A stretch of 64,000 nucleotides of DNA from Chloroflexota bacterium (GTDB lineage: Bacteria; Chloroflexota; Anaerolineae; DTLA01). The stretch is taken from positions 75,678 to 139,677 of the forward strand of contig JADBJK010000074.1 of NCBI GenBank assembly GCA_014874485.1. Direction: 5' to 3'. Below, piece after piece: positions 48,757 to 59,676 of the stretch. Position 1 is the stretch's first letter, and each line of letters begins with the position of its first letter. The position numbers and the translations under genes are program-made. Below the pieces are notes generated by a model, which was given only the letters and a program-made list of their open reading frames with translations, had not been told where the DNA came from and ran no database searches.

Positions 48757-50406
48757 TTATAGATAGACGAACGGGAAGATCAGCCGCGTCGCCGTGCGCA
48801 GGATGAGCAGGTACACATCCACTTGCGGCGCGGCGCCGTCCCAGAACGGGTGCGTTGACAGGATGCGGAAGCGGCCGCGGTACAGCCCCGGCGGCAGCGA
48901 TTCCGCCCCCGCCAGGTTCAGCACGACCTCCGCGTTCGGCGCGAGGGTCCCGCCGGCGGGCTCCACCTTCAGCCAGTCCGCGCCCGACAGCACCTGCACG
49001 CTCCAGTCCATGGAGCCTGCGCCGGTGTTGGTGATCGTGAGGGACGCCTGCACCGGCTCCCCAGGCTCGGCGTGGATGACCCACTCGGTTCCCGACGCGG
49101 CCAGGTGTGGCGGATCCACCAGCCCCCAGAGCGCGGCGGCTGCGTCTATGCGCCCGTACCCGTAGAAGTCGTTGCGCCCGTTCACGTAGGGATCGTTCCC
49201 GACTTTCGCGGCGGTGGCCTTCAAGTGCGCTTCTACTTGCTCGCGGTTCCAGGCTGGCCGCAGGAACCGAATCAGCCCCGCCAGGCCCGCCGCGAGCGGG
49301 GAGGACATGGACGTGCCCGACTTGTACCCGTATGAACTGCCCAGCGCGGTGCTGTAGATGGACACGCCGGGCGCGGCCAGGTCCACGAAGGCGTTGTACT
49401 CGGAAAATGCGCCGCGCACGTCCCCCGAGTCGGTGGCGGCCACGGAGATGACGTTGTCCATCGCGGCGGGGTACATGATGGGGTTCACCGAGCCGCATCC
49501 CGTGCCGCCGGAGCCGCAATTGCCCGCCGCAGCCACGAACACCACGTCGTAGCGCATAGCCACGTCGTTGATGGCATCCTGCAGCAGGTGGCTGTAGTCG
49601 GAGCCGGCCAGGCTCATGTTGATGACGCGCGCGCCGTTCTTCGCCGCGTAGTACACCCCATCGGCCACGCCCGCGTAGGTGCCGCTGCCCGATGAGTTGA
49701 GCACCTTGACGGCCATCAACCGGCAGCGCCACAGGATTCCGGCGACGCCAACGCCGTTGTTCCCCACCGCGCCCGCGATGCCCGCCACGTGCGTCCCGTG
49801 CCCGTGGTCATCCTGGGGCCTGGCGCCCCTGGTGATGACGTTCCAGCCCCAGCGGTCGTCCACGTAGCCGTTGCCGTCGTCGTCCACGCCGTTGCCTGCG
49901 ATTTCCCCGAAGTTCTGCCAAATGCTGGCGGCCAGGTCGGAGTGGTTCAGGTCCACGCCGGTGTCCAGGATGGCGATCACAATGCCGTAGTCGCCCGTGG
50001 CCACATCCCACGCCAGCGGGGCGCGGATTTTGTTCAGCCCCCACTGGGCGGCGAAGTTGGGGTCATTGGGGGATTCCGCCGCACGGACGACGTACTCCGG
50101 TTCGGCGGTGATGACGCCGGGCGTCTGGCGGAGCGCGGCGGCGGCCGATTCCTCCTGGCCATCCGGCACCGCAAGGCGCACCCACTCGGTCCCGCCCCCG
50201 AGCCTGCCCAGGATGGGGTGGCCGTCCCATTCGCCTGCCTGGTCCGCCGCGGCGGCCACGTCCGGGGCCAGTTTCGCCCACACGACGCCGGGCGTGTACC
50301 GTCGTGCGGCGTCCGGGGGTGCGCCGGGCGAGTCCCCGTTTGCGGGCGCGCCCGCAAGGCCCAGGAGCAGGGCTGAAACCACGAGCAATGTCCAGAGGTT
50401 GCGCAT
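48757..50406 (-). CDS. Secreted S8 subtilase with C-terminal Ig/BACON-like domain
   Basis: LDTG, HGTHVAG, AAAGN, GTSMS catalytic motifs; signal peptide. Confidence 0.93.
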   Translation of the reverse strand: MRNLWTLLVVSALLLGLAGAPANGDSPGAPPDAARRYTPGVVWAKLAPDVAAAADQAGEWDGHPILGRLGGGTEWVRLAVPDGQEESAAAALRQTPGVITAEPEYVVRAAESPNDPNFAAQWGLNKIRAPLAWDVATGDYGIVIAILDTGVDLNHSDLAASIWQNFGEIAGNGVDDDGNGYVDDRWGWNVITRGARPQDDHGHGTHVAGIAGAVGNNGVGVAGILWRCRLMAVKVLNSSGSGTYAGVADGVYYAAKNGARVINMSLAGSDYSHLLQDAINDVAMRYDVVFVAAAGNCGSGGTGCGSVNPIMYPAAMDNVISVAATDSGDVRGAFSEYNAFVDLAAPGVSIYSTALGSSYGYKSGTSMSSPLAAGLAGLIRFLRPAWNREQVEAHLKATAAKVGNDPYVNGRNDFYGYGRIDAAAALWGLVDPPHLAASGTEWVIHAEPGEPVQASLTITNTGAGSMDWSVQVLSGADWLKVEPAGGTLAPNAEVVLNLAGAESLPPGLYRGRFRILSTHPFWDGAAPQVDVYLLILRTATRLIFPFVYL

Positions 50407-50511
50407 TCCCTCACCGAGTTGTCTGAATTGGTATCGCATACTACAATAACGAACGCCAAGCCGTCAAGACACGCGTGCCACCGTCCGATCACGCGCCGCA
50501 AGGAGGGACAC

Positions 50512-52341
50512 ATGGGCGTTTACGCAGGGCGACTGCTCAACGTCAATCTGTCAACGGGTGAGGTCTCCACGCAGGCGATTCCCGAAGAGGAGGTGCGGAC
50601 GTACCTGCTGGGCAGCGGGCTGGCCGCCGACCTCTACTACGCCCAGATGCGTTCGGACCTGGACCCGCTGGACCCCGCAAGCCCCGTGTACGTGGTTACG
50701 GGCCTGTTCACGGGCACGATTGCCCCCACCGGCTGTAAGTTCTCGGTGTGCGGGCGTTCGCCCCTGACCGGCGTCTGGAACGAGTCCACCAGTGGCGGCT
50801 ACTGGGGCGCGGAGTTGCGCTTCGCGGGCTACGACGGCATCGCCATCAGCGGGCGCGCCGCCAGGCCCGTGTACCTGTGGATCACCGAGTCGGGCGTGGA
50901 GGTTCGCGACGCCGCGCATCTGTGGGGGCTGGACTGCTACGAGACGGTGGAGCGCGTCCGCGGGGAGACCGACGCCAAGGCCCGCGTGCTCGCCATCGGG
51001 CCTGCGGGCGAGCGCCTGGTGCGCCTGGCCGCCATCATGGTGGACGGGCACGAGGCGCGCGCCGTCGGTCGCGGCGGGATGGGCGCCGTCTTCGGCAGCA
51101 AGAACCTCAAGGCCATCGCGGTGCGGGGGCACGGCAGGCCCACGTATGCAGACGAGGCGGCCCTTCGCGCGTCGGTGCGTGCCAAGAACAAGGTCATCGC
51201 GGAACACACCGTCGGGTTCACGAAACTGGGCACCGTGGGCGGGGTTGCGCGGGCTGAGGCCAGCGGCGACCTGCCCATCCGCAACTGGCTGCAGGGGTCG
51301 TGGCCCGACGGTGCCGCCAAGATCACGGGCCAGACCATCGTAGAGCGGTACGAGGTGAAGCACTACCGCTGCTTCGGTTGCCCCATCGGGTGCGGCAAAC
51401 TCGTCCCCGCGGGCGAGGGCGGCGAGTACATCCACGCGCCCGAGTACGAGACCGCAGGCTCCATGGGTTCCATGTGCCTGGTGGACGACCTGGAGAGCAT
51501 CATCCGCGCCAACGACATCTGCAACCGCCTGGGGCTGGACACGATTTCGGTGGGCGCGGCCATCGCCACGGCCATGGAAGCCGCCGAGCGCGGGCTTCTG
51601 CCGCCCGACATGACGCGGGGGCTGGACCTGCGCTGGGGCAGCGGGGCGGCCCTGGTGGCGCTGACGGAGCAAATCGGCACGAACGCGGGCCTGGGCGCGT
51701 GGCTGGGCGAGGGCGTGCGGGCCTTCTGCCGTCGCCTTGGCCCCGCCGCCAGCGACATGGACGTAACGGTTAAGGGGCTGGAACTGCCCATGCACGACCC
51801 GCGCGCCTACATCTCCATGGGCGCGAACTACGCCACGGCCAACCGCGGGGCCTGCCATCTGGAGGGCATGTGCCACTGGCGCGGCGCGGGCGGCCTGCAG
51901 ATACAGGACGTGTGGTCTCCCGAACCCTACGATCCCCACACCAGCGAGGGCCAGGGCAAGATGGCCGCCATCTGGCAGAACTACCTGGCCACGTTCAACC
52001 CCTTGGGCCTGTGCAAGTTCAGCATTCGCGGGCATGTGGAGCCGAGGGACGTGTGCGAGTGGCTGAAACTGGCGCTGGGATGGGACATCACGCCCGCCGA
52101 ACTCCTGCGCATCGGGGAACGACTCTTCAACCTGAAGCGTCTTATCAATGTGCGGTTGGGCGTAACGGCCCGCGACGATACCCTGCCCGTGCGCGTCCTT
52201 ACGGTGGCGCGCGACAGCGGCGGTGCCGCGGGTGTCCTGCCCGACCAGCCGCTGCTCCTGGCGGAGTACTACGCGGAGCGGGGCTGGGATGCCAACGGCG
52301 TGCCCACGCTTGAGCGGCTGAAGGCGCTGGGGCTGGCGTAG
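50512..52341 (+). CDS. aor: Aldehyde:ferredoxin oxidoreductase family (tungstopterin)
   Basis: SPLTG, GRGGMGAVFGSKNLKAI, CFGCPIGC, PEYE, GLDTIS, DPR, RGACH, YY..RGWD. Confidence 0.93.
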   Translation: MGVYAGRLLNVNLSTGEVSTQAIPEEEVRTYLLGSGLAADLYYAQMRSDLDPLDPASPVYVVTGLFTGTIAPTGCKFSVCGRSPLTGVWNESTSGGYWGAELRFAGYDGIAISGRAARPVYLWITESGVEVRDAAHLWGLDCYETVERVRGETDAKARVLAIGPAGERLVRLAAIMVDGHEARAVGRGGMGAVFGSKNLKAIAVRGHGRPTYADEAALRASVRAKNKVIAEHTVGFTKLGTVGGVARAEASGDLPIRNWLQGSWPDGAAKITGQTIVERYEVKHYRCFGCPIGCGKLVPAGEGGEYIHAPEYETAGSMGSMCLVDDLESIIRANDICNRLGLDTISVGAAIATAMEAAERGLLPPDMTRGLDLRWGSGAALVALTEQIGTNAGLGAWLGEGVRAFCRRLGPAASDMDVTVKGLELPMHDPRAYISMGANYATANRGACHLEGMCHWRGAGGLQIQDVWSPEPYDPHTSEGQGKMAAIWQNYLATFNPLGLCKFSIRGHVEPRDVCEWLKLALGWDITPAELLRIGERLFNLKRLINVRLGVTARDDTLPVRVLTVARDSGGAAGVLPDQPLLLAEYYAERGWDANGVPTLERLKALGLA

Positions 52342-52413
52342 GCGGGGGCGTGCGAGTCCCGCCGAGGGTTCCCGCCGTCCCAGGCGGCGGGGGCTTGAGA
52401 CAAAGGACGATGG

Positions 52414-52479
52414 TCGCCGCAGGGCGCGGAGGGAAGGGAAAACGCGCGGCTCTGCGGTCTCCGTGTTCCCTGCGGTGAA
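52414..52479. repeat. Degenerate CCGCAG...CTGCGGTGAA hairpin repeat before pbpC
   Basis: Resembles the 22572-22644 element. Confidence 0.5.
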
Positions 52480-52491
52480 GGGACTACTTCA

Positions 52492-55002
52492 GTGGAATCG
52501 CGGGTGTCCAGGAGGAAACCGAACGTGCGGCGCGTTGCGCTGTTCGCCGCGCTTGCCGTCGTGGGGTTGGTGCTCGCGCTGGCGGCGCTGGCCGTGCTGT
52601 GGCCGCTGTCGCCCGACAGCCTGCTGGCTGCCTCGCCCAGGCCTGCCACGCAGATTCTGGACCGCAACGGGCGTGTCCTGTACGAAATCCTGGACCCGCA
52701 AACGGGGCGGCACCGCAGCATCCCGCTGGACGAGATTCCCCTGTACCTGCGCCAGGCCACCATCGCCACGGAGGACGCCACGTTCTACTCCAACCCTGGC
52801 GTGGACGTGTGGGCCATCGCGCGGGCCGCCTACATCAACCTGCGGGGCGGCGAGGTGCTGGCTGGCGGGAGCACCATCACCCAGCAGGTGGCCCGCACCC
52901 TGCTCATGTCGCCAGAGGAGCGTTCGCAGCGCACCCTGTGGCGAAAACTGAAGGAGAGTGTTCTCGCCTACCGGTTGTCCCGCCACCTCAGCAAAGACCA
53001 GGTGCTGGAACTGTACCTGAACCAAATCTACTACGGCAACCTGGCCTACGGCGTGGAGGCGGCGGCGCAGACCTACTTCGGCAAGCCGGCGCGGGAACTG
53101 GACCTGGCGGAATGCGCGCTCCTCGCGGGCCTGCCCCAGTCGCCGTCGGCGTACAACCCCCTGACGAACCCGGCGGCGGCCAGGGAGCGACAGCGGGTCG
53201 TCCTGGGCCTTATGGCCAAGCAGGGCTACATCACGCCGGAGCAGGCGACGGAGGCCGAGCGCGAGACGTTGCACTTCGCGGCAGCGCCGTTTCCCATCGC
53301 CGCGCCCCATTTCGTCATGTACGTCCGCGAGCGGCTGGCCGCCATGCTGCCGGAGGGCGTGCTCCGCGCGGGCGGGCTTCGGGTGTACACGACGCTGGAC
53401 CTGGACGCCCAGCGGGCCGCCGAGGATGCCGTCCGCCGCCACCTGGCGAAACTCGCCGAGCGCAAGCCCGGCGAACCCGACCACAACGTGCGCAACGCTG
53501 CGGTCGTCGCGCTGGCACCCCAGACAGGCGACATCCTGGCCATGGTGGGGAGCCCGGACTACTTCAGCGCCGAGATTGACGGGGCGGTGAACGCGGCCCT
53601 TGCCCTGCGCCAGCCCGGCTCGGCCATCAAGCCCCTCACCTACGCGGCGGCGTTCGCCCGCGACTACTCGCCCGCTACCATGTTGGTGGACACGCGCGAG
53701 GCGTTCACGACGAAGGAAGGCGACCCCTACGTGCCGCTGAATTACGATTTGCGCTACCACGGGCCGGTGCTGCTGCGGCAGGCGCTGGCCTGCTCCTATA
53801 ACCTCGTCGCAGTGAAGGTCTTGCAGCACGTGGGGATTGACGCGCTGGTGGAGACGGCCCGCGCGCTGGGCATCACGTCGCTGGACGACAGCGAACGGTG
53901 GGGGCTGGCGCTCACACTGGGCGGCGGCGAGGTGAGCCTGCTGGAACTGACCCAGGCCTACGCCGCCTTCGCCAACGGCGGGCAGGTGGTGCAGGCGCGG
54001 GCCATCCTTCGGGTGGAGGATGCCCAGGGGCGCGTCGTCGCCTCGTGGGGGCCGCCCGCGCCTCGGCAAGGCGTCTCGCCGCAGGTGGCATTTCTCATCA
54101 GCGACGCGCTGAGCGACAACACGGCCCGCGCGCCGGCCTTCGGCGAGGACAGCGCCCTGCGCCTGTCGCGGCCCGCTGCGGCCAAGACCGGCACCACCAC
54201 CGACTGGCGCGACAACTGGACGGTTGGGTACACGCCGAACCTGGCCGTGGGCGTGTGGGTGGGCAATGCGGACAACTCGCCCATGCGCGACGTGTCGGGC
54301 ATCACGGGGGCCGCGCCCATCTGGCACGATGTCATGGAGGCCATCCTGCGGGGCCTGCCTGTGGTGGACTTCGCGCCGCCGGAGGGTGTGGTGCGCGTGG
54401 AAATCTGCGCCGACTCCGGCCTGCTGCCCAATCCCGATTGCCCCCACCGCCGCCTGGAGTGGTTCATCCAGGGCAAGGAGCCAACGCAGGTCTGCGACTG
54501 GCACCGCGCCGTGCCGATAGACCGCCTGTCGGGGCTGGTGGCCGGGCCGAATTGCCCGCCGGAACTCGTGGAGCGGCGCGTGTTCACCTTCTGGCCCGCC
54601 GAGGCGCTGGACTGGGTGCGCGCGCAGGGGTTGCCCGAACCGCCCATCGCGCCCTGCCCGCTCCACCCGGGCGGCCAGGCGGCACCGCCGGAAGCCCGAG
54701 GCCTGGCGCTGGTCTCGCCCGACCCCAACGGCGTGTACCGGTTGAGCCGCGCGCTGCCCGCGGAAGTGCAGGCGCTGGAAATCGCCGCGCGGCCCATGGG
54801 CGGCGTGGGCCTGGCCTCGGTAACGTTCCACGTGGACGGGGCCGTGGTGGGCCGCGTCGCGGAGCCGCCCTACCGAATCATGTGGCCCATGCAGGTCGGG
54901 GAGCACGTGGTCTGGGCAGAGGCGGCACTGCCCAGCGGCGGCAGCCTCGTCTCCGAGACCCGCCGGTTCACCGTTCTCCCGCCGGATGCGCCGTCGCCGT
55001 AG
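52492..55002 (+). CDS. pbpC: Class A penicillin-binding protein, PBP1C-like
   Basis: TED, GGSTITQQ, RK..E, SAIK, SYN, KTGT; C-terminal beta domain. Confidence 0.85.
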   Translation: MESRVSRRKPNVRRVALFAALAVVGLVLALAALAVLWPLSPDSLLAASPRPATQILDRNGRVLYEILDPQTGRHRSIPLDEIPLYLRQATIATEDATFYSNPGVDVWAIARAAYINLRGGEVLAGGSTITQQVARTLLMSPEERSQRTLWRKLKESVLAYRLSRHLSKDQVLELYLNQIYYGNLAYGVEAAAQTYFGKPARELDLAECALLAGLPQSPSAYNPLTNPAAARERQRVVLGLMAKQGYITPEQATEAERETLHFAAAPFPIAAPHFVMYVRERLAAMLPEGVLRAGGLRVYTTLDLDAQRAAEDAVRRHLAKLAERKPGEPDHNVRNAAVVALAPQTGDILAMVGSPDYFSAEIDGAVNAALALRQPGSAIKPLTYAAAFARDYSPATMLVDTREAFTTKEGDPYVPLNYDLRYHGPVLLRQALACSYNLVAVKVLQHVGIDALVETARALGITSLDDSERWGLALTLGGGEVSLLELTQAYAAFANGGQVVQARAILRVEDAQGRVVASWGPPAPRQGVSPQVAFLISDALSDNTARAPAFGEDSALRLSRPAAAKTGTTTDWRDNWTVGYTPNLAVGVWVGNADNSPMRDVSGITGAAPIWHDVMEAILRGLPVVDFAPPEGVVRVEICADSGLLPNPDCPHRRLEWFIQGKEPTQVCDWHRAVPIDRLSGLVAGPNCPPELVERRVFTFWPAEALDWVRAQGLPEPPIAPCPLHPGGQAAPPEARGLALVSPDPNGVYRLSRALPAEVQALEIAARPMGGVGLASVTFHVDGAVVGRVAEPPYRIMWPMQVGEHVVWAEAALPSGGSLVSETRRFTVLPPDAPSP

Positions 55003-55097
55003 GAGTCGCGCCCCGTTTCATGCTGGCCGGTCGCGGAGTTGTTCGGGTGCGACGCACCTGACTGCCGCCGAATGCGCCCCGCAGGTTTCAAATTGAT

Positions 55098-55125
55098 TTG
55101 ACACCACCCCCTAAAACCGTATAAT
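55098..55125 (+). promoter_or_regulatory. rpmH promoter
   Basis: TTGACA-16bp-TATAAT. Confidence 0.8.
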
Positions 55126-55165
55126 AAGCAGGTCATTATTCCCCTGTTCAAAGGAGTGATACGCA

Positions 55166-55303
55166 ATGCCCAAGCGAACATGGCAGCCTAAGGTGCGGAA
55201 ACGAGCGAAAACGCATGGGTTCAGGGTGCGGATGCGCACCCTGTCCGGCCGCAACGTGCTCAAGGCGCGCAAGTTGAAGGGCCGCCACCGGCTGACGGTG
55301 TAG
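55166..55303 (+). CDS. rpmH: 50S ribosomal protein L34
   Basis: [45 protein letters not shown]; AAGGAG RBS. Confidence 0.97.
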   Translation: MPKRTWQPKVRKRAKTHGFRVRMRTLSGRNVLKARKLKGRHRLTV

Positions 55304-55343
55304 CGGCAGGGATTGAGGCTGGCCCTGGGCGGTCGGCTGTTCC

Positions 55344-55724
55344 ATGAAGAGGAAGTTTCGCCTGGTACGGAGAACGGATTTTGCGAGGGTGCGCGCACAA
55401 GGGCGCTATTGGTCAAGCCCGTTGCTAACTCTGGGAGCCTCACCGAACGACCTGACCCATTCCAGATTCGGATTTGTCGTGAGCCGCCGCATCGGGAAAG
55501 CCGTGCGGCGGAATCGTGTCAAGCGGCTGTTGCGCGAGGCGACGCGCCTGCGCCTGGCGCGGATTGCGCCGGGGTGGGATGTGGTCGTCATCGCGCGAGG
55601 GCGCGCCGCCGAGGCCGACTTCTGGCAGATCGGCGCGGCCCTGGACCAGGTGCTGGCATCGGCGGGTCTGCTCATGGATGCGCCGCCCGAAAGCGGCGGG
55701 CCTGGACAAGGTGAGGGTGCATGA
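55344..55724 (+). CDS. rnpA: RNase P protein component
   Basis: [25 protein letters not shown]. Confidence 0.96.
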   Translation: MKRKFRLVRRTDFARVRAQGRYWSSPLLTLGASPNDLTHSRFGFVVSRRIGKAVRRNRVKRLLREATRLRLARIAPGWDVVVIARGRAAEADFWQIGAALDQVLASAGLLMDAPPESGGPGQGEGA

Positions 55725-55930
55725 AACGGCTGATTCTCGTGCTCATTCGGTTCTATCAGCGATACATCTCGCCCGGCCTGCCGCCCAGTTGCCGCTTCTA
55801 TCCGACGTGCTCGCACTACACCTACGAGGCGGTGGAACGCTACGGTGTCATCAAGGGCGGGTGGCTGGGCATCAAGCGCGTCCTGCGGTGCCAGCCGTGG
55901 AACCCGGGCGGATATGACCCCGTGCCGTAG
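55721..55930 (+). CDS. yidD: Membrane protein insertion efficiency factor
   Basis: YQRYISP...CRFYPTCS.Y...RC.PW..GGYDPVP. Confidence 0.96.
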   Translation: MKRLILVLIRFYQRYISPGLPPSCRFYPTCSHYTYEAVERYGVIKGGWLGIKRVLRCQPWNPGGYDPVP

Positions 55931-56345
55931 TACTTTACCACAGGGATTCTGGATAGTACGTCATTGCGAGGGCGCGGAGTGCCCGTAGGGACAATTCATG
56001 AATTGTCCCGAAGAATCTCGCCAACCGAGATGCTTCGCTTCGCTCAGCATGACAGATGGAGCGGGAGATTGCTTCGCTTCGCTCGCAATGACAGGGACTC
56101 TGTCATTCTGAGCGGCGAAGCCGCGAAGAATCTCGCCAGCCGAGATGCTTCGCTTCGCTCAGTATGACAGATGGAGCGGGAGATTGCTTCACTTCGCTCG
56201 CAATGACAGGGACTCTGTCATTCTGAGCGGCGAAGCCGCGAAGAATCTCGCCAACCGAGGTGCTTCGCTCCCAGTGACGTGAGGGGCACGTGCGACGCAC
56301 CTCCGAGGTGCGTCGCACGTGGGGATGCTCCGCTCGCAAGGACAG
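55928..56345. repeat. Composite palindromic repeat cluster inside the yidD-yidC operon
   Basis: TAGTACTTTACCACAGG leader, partial GTAG REP, duplicated TGTCATTCTGAG units, TGCGACGCAC palindrome. Confidence 0.92.
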
Positions 56346-56412
56346 CGGGCGATTTTCCCTGAGGTCAAGTACGAGGGCATGGGAAAGCAATCGGAGAGGA
56401 TATAGAGGGTAG

Positions 56413-57282
56413 ATGGACATTATCGTAGTGCCGATTATGGCAGCCCTGGAGGGCATCAGTTCGGCGTTGTCGGCGGTGGGGATACCGTACAGTTTCGGCT
56501 TCGCCATCATCATCTTCACGCTGCTCATCAAGCTGCTGACCGCGCCGCTCAACGCCAAGCAGATCAAGTCCTCCAAGGCGGTGCAGGAACTCCAGCCGAA
56601 ACTGCAGGAACTGCAGAAGAAGTACAAGGACAACAAAGAGGAACTGGCCAAGCGCCAGATGGAGTTGTACAAGGAGGCGGGCGTCAACCCGCTGGGCGGC
56701 TGTCTCCCGACCTTGATCCAGTTCCCCATCTGGATCGGCCTGTACCAGGCGCTGTACCACCTGGCCCAGTCGGGCAAACTGGCGGAGGGCTTCCTGTGGA
56801 TTCCCAGCCTGGCCGAGCCGACCAACGGCAATTGGCTGCTGCAAAACCCGGCCAACTGGGATTTGGCCTACGTCGGGGCGTACATCATCCTTCCCATCCT
56901 CACGGTGGTAACGCAGATTCTGCTCCAGAAGATGATGACGCCGAAGGACGCCGACCCGCAGACCTCGTCCATCAACCAGGCCATGATGTTCATGCCGCTG
57001 ATGTTCGGGTTCTTTGCGATTCAGGTTCCTTCGGGCTTGAGCCTCTACTGGGTTACGATGAACATCTTCAGCATGGTGCAGCAGTACCTGATGACCGGCT
57101 GGGGCGGGCTGGCGCCCAAGAAGAAAGGCGAGCCGACGCAGAAACCCAAGGAGCCGGTGAAGCCAGAGCCTGTTCAGAAGGCGAAGGAGCCGGCGAAGAC
57201 GGAGCCTGCGCCTGCCGCCACCCGGCCGGCCGCATCACCGAAGAAAGGACAGGTAACGCGTGCGAGGAAACGAAAGCGTTGA
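56413..57282 (+). CDS. yidC: Membrane protein insertase YidC (short, monoderm type)
   Basis: LQPKL...KKYK, GVNPLGGCLP.LIQFPI, FLWIP, GLSLYW. Confidence 0.95.
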   Translation: MDIIVVPIMAALEGISSALSAVGIPYSFGFAIIIFTLLIKLLTAPLNAKQIKSSKAVQELQPKLQELQKKYKDNKEELAKRQMELYKEAGVNPLGGCLPTLIQFPIWIGLYQALYHLAQSGKLAEGFLWIPSLAEPTNGNWLLQNPANWDLAYVGAYIILPILTVVTQILLQKMMTPKDADPQTSSINQAMMFMPLMFGFFAIQVPSGLSLYWVTMNIFSMVQQYLMTGWGGLAPKKKGEPTQKPKEPVKPEPVQKAKEPAKTEPAPAATRPAASPKKGQVTRARKRKR

Positions 57283-57985
57283 GTTCACCGGCAAGACCGT
57301 TGACGAGGCCGTAGAGAAGGCCCTTGCCGCCCTGGGCAAGACCAGGGACGAGGTGGAGATCACCGTGCTGTCCGAGGGCAGTCGTGGCCTCTTGGGCATC
57401 GGGGGCGAGAGCGCCCGTGTGGCGGTGCGCGTCCTGGAGGCACCCGCACAGACGCCCGCGCCGCCCGAACCCCAGCCCGCGCAGCCGCCTGCCGCCGAGT
57501 CGGCCGAGGACGATGCGCTCGCCGCCACCGCCAAGGAGACCCTTGAGACGATCATTCGCCTGATGGGGGTGCAGGCGCGCGTGGAGATCCTGCGCAATGT
57601 GGAACTGCCCGGCGTGGACCAGGTGCCGTTTGTGTTGAACATCCAGGCAGACGAGGACCTGGGCATTCTCATCGGGCGACGCGCCGAGACCCTGTCGGCG
57701 TTGCAGTACCTCACGCGCCTCATCGTGGGCCACAAGACCAAGATGTGGTCCGATTTCGCCGTGGACGTGCAGTCGTACCGCGTGCGGCGTGGCCATGCGC
57801 TCCAGAACCTGGCCCGTCGGATGGCCGAGCGCGTGCAGGAGACCCATCGGGCGGTGGCGCTGGAGGCGATGCCCCCTGCCGAGCGCCGCATCGTGCACCT
57901 GGCCCTGCGCGACCATCCCCACGTGGTAACGCAGAGCATCGGCGAAGGCGAAAACCGCAAAGTCATGATCCTGCCAAAAGAATGA
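57260..57985 (+). CDS. jag: Jag/KhpB (EloR) RNA-binding protein
   Basis: GKTVDEAV N-domain, LIGRR..TL.ALQYL KH, ERRIVH R3H. Confidence 0.93.
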   Translation: MRGNESVEFTGKTVDEAVEKALAALGKTRDEVEITVLSEGSRGLLGIGGESARVAVRVLEAPAQTPAPPEPQPAQPPAAESAEDDALAATAKETLETIIRLMGVQARVEILRNVELPGVDQVPFVLNIQADEDLGILIGRRAETLSALQYLTRLIVGHKTKMWSDFAVDVQSYRVRRGHALQNLARRMAERVQETHRAVALEAMPPAERRIVHLALRDHPHVVTQSIGEGENRKVMILPKE

Positions 57986-58824
57986 ACACGCCTGATTACC
58001 TCGTCATCGGCGCAGTAACGAAGGACATCGTCCCGCAGGGCTACCGCCCAGGTGGGACGGTTACGTACTCTTCGGTTACGGTGCAGAACCTGGGGCTTCA
58101 GGCGGGGGTTGTAACGCGGGCCGACCCGACCATGGACTTCTCGCTGCTGACGGACAAGGGGATTTGGGTGGCGTCCGCCCCGTCGGCGCAGACCACCACG
58201 TTTGAGAACATCTACGTGGGCGACCGCCGCACGCAGTACATTCGCGCGGTCGCCGATGCCATCACGCCAGACGACGTTCCCGCTGCCTGGCGTTCGGCGC
58301 CCATCGTGCACCTGGGGCCGCTGGCCCAGGAGATGGACGAGGCCATCGTGGAGTTGTTCCCGCACGCCCTCATCGGCGTTACGCCCCAGGGGTGGATGCG
58401 GCAGTGGGACGGGACGGGCAAGGTCTCGCCGAAGGTGTGGGAGCGGGCCGAGTACCTGCTGCCCCGCGCCGATGTGCTGGTCATCAGCGAGGAGGACATC
58501 GGCGGCAACCTGGGACTCGTGGAGTTCTACATTCGCCTGGCCCGCATCGTTGTCGTAACCAACGGGTGGAAGGGGTCCACCGTGTACGCCAACGGCGAGT
58601 GCCGCCAGTTGCCGCCCCGAATCGCGCGTGAGGTGGACCCGACGGGCGCGGGCGACGTGTACGCGGCGGCCTATCTGGTCGCGCTCCATGAGCAGGGCGA
58701 TCCGTTCGCGGCGGCGCGCTTCGCCAACGTCGTGGCCTCGTTCTCGGTGGAGGCGCTGGGCGTGGACGGCATCCCCACCCGTCAGCAGGTGGTGGACTAT
58801 CTCGCGCAGCACGGCGGAGCCTAA
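57982..58824 (+). CDS. PfkB/ribokinase-family carbohydrate kinase
   Basis: PGG, TPQGW, DPTGAGDVY. Confidence 0.9.
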   Translation: MNTPDYLVIGAVTKDIVPQGYRPGGTVTYSSVTVQNLGLQAGVVTRADPTMDFSLLTDKGIWVASAPSAQTTTFENIYVGDRRTQYIRAVADAITPDDVPAAWRSAPIVHLGPLAQEMDEAIVELFPHALIGVTPQGWMRQWDGTGKVSPKVWERAEYLLPRADVLVISEEDIGGNLGLVEFYIRLARIVVVTNGWKGSTVYANGECRQLPPRIAREVDPTGAGDVYAAAYLVALHEQGDPFAAARFANVVASFSVEALGVDGIPTRQQVVDYLAQHGGA

Positions 58825-58886
58825 CCGTGGGGCTAGAGGGGCCTGCGCGAGTGCCCCTGTATCCTTGAGCGCATGGCGAAAACAGC

Positions 58887-59651
58887 ATGACGCGCATCTA
58901 TGCCCTTGCGAATCAAAAAGGCGGGGTCGGCAAGACCACGACCGCTGTGAACCTGGGGGCCTACCTGGCGCAGGCGGGCGCTCGCGTCCTGCTGGTGGAC
59001 GCCGACCCGCAGGCCAACGCTACCAGCAGCCTGGGCGTGGACAAGCACAAGATGCGGCGCTCGGTGTACGACGGCCTGGTGAACGGCGTCCCGCTGGAGA
59101 ACATCGTCGTGCTGTCGCGCCTGCTGCGGCTAGACCTGGTGCCATCCTCGCCTGCGCTGGCGGGCGCGGAAGTGGAGATGGTCCCCATGGAGCGCCGCGA
59201 GTACCTGCTCCGCCAGGCGCTGCACTCCATCCGCGCGCGCTATGACTACATCCTGATTGACACCCCGCCCAGCCTGGGCCTGCTCACCCTCAACGCGCTC
59301 ACCGCCGCCGACGATGGGGTCATCATCCCCGTGCAGTGCGAATACCTGGCGCTGGAGGGGTTGAGCGAACTCCTGCGCACCATTGACCTGGTGCGGAACC
59401 GCCTCAACCCGCTGGTGCGGGTGGCGGGCGTGGTGCTGACCATGTACGACGTGCGCACGAACCTGGCCCAGCAGGTGGTGGAGCAGGTGCGCAAGCACTT
59501 CGGCGACCTGGTGTTCCAGACGGTGATTCCGCGGAGCGTGCGGCTGGGCGAAGCGCCGTCCTACGGCGAGCCGATTCTCACCTACGCGCCTGGGTCGCCG
59601 GGCGCGGCTGCCTACGAGGCCCTGGCCCGCGAACTGAAGGCGCGGGGCTAG
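58887..59651 (+). CDS. parA: ParA/Soj ATPase
   Basis: NQKGGVGKTT, DADPQANAT, DTPPSLG, QCEYLALEG, EAPSYG. Confidence 0.95.
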   Translation: MTRIYALANQKGGVGKTTTAVNLGAYLAQAGARVLLVDADPQANATSSLGVDKHKMRRSVYDGLVNGVPLENIVVLSRLLRLDLVPSSPALAGAEVEMVPMERREYLLRQALHSIRARYDYILIDTPPSLGLLTLNALTAADDGVIIPVQCEYLALEGLSELLRTIDLVRNRLNPLVRVAGVVLTMYDVRTNLAQQVVEQVRKHFGDLVFQTVIPRSVRLGEAPSYGEPILTYAPGSPGAAAYEALARELKARG

Positions 59652-59676
59652 CCCGCAGGCGATGGGGAGGTGATCC

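Noticed and set aside
55003-55165. oriC upstream of rpmH
   Set aside because: No DnaA-box cluster or AT-rich unwinding element seen; the AT-rich part is explained by the promoter.
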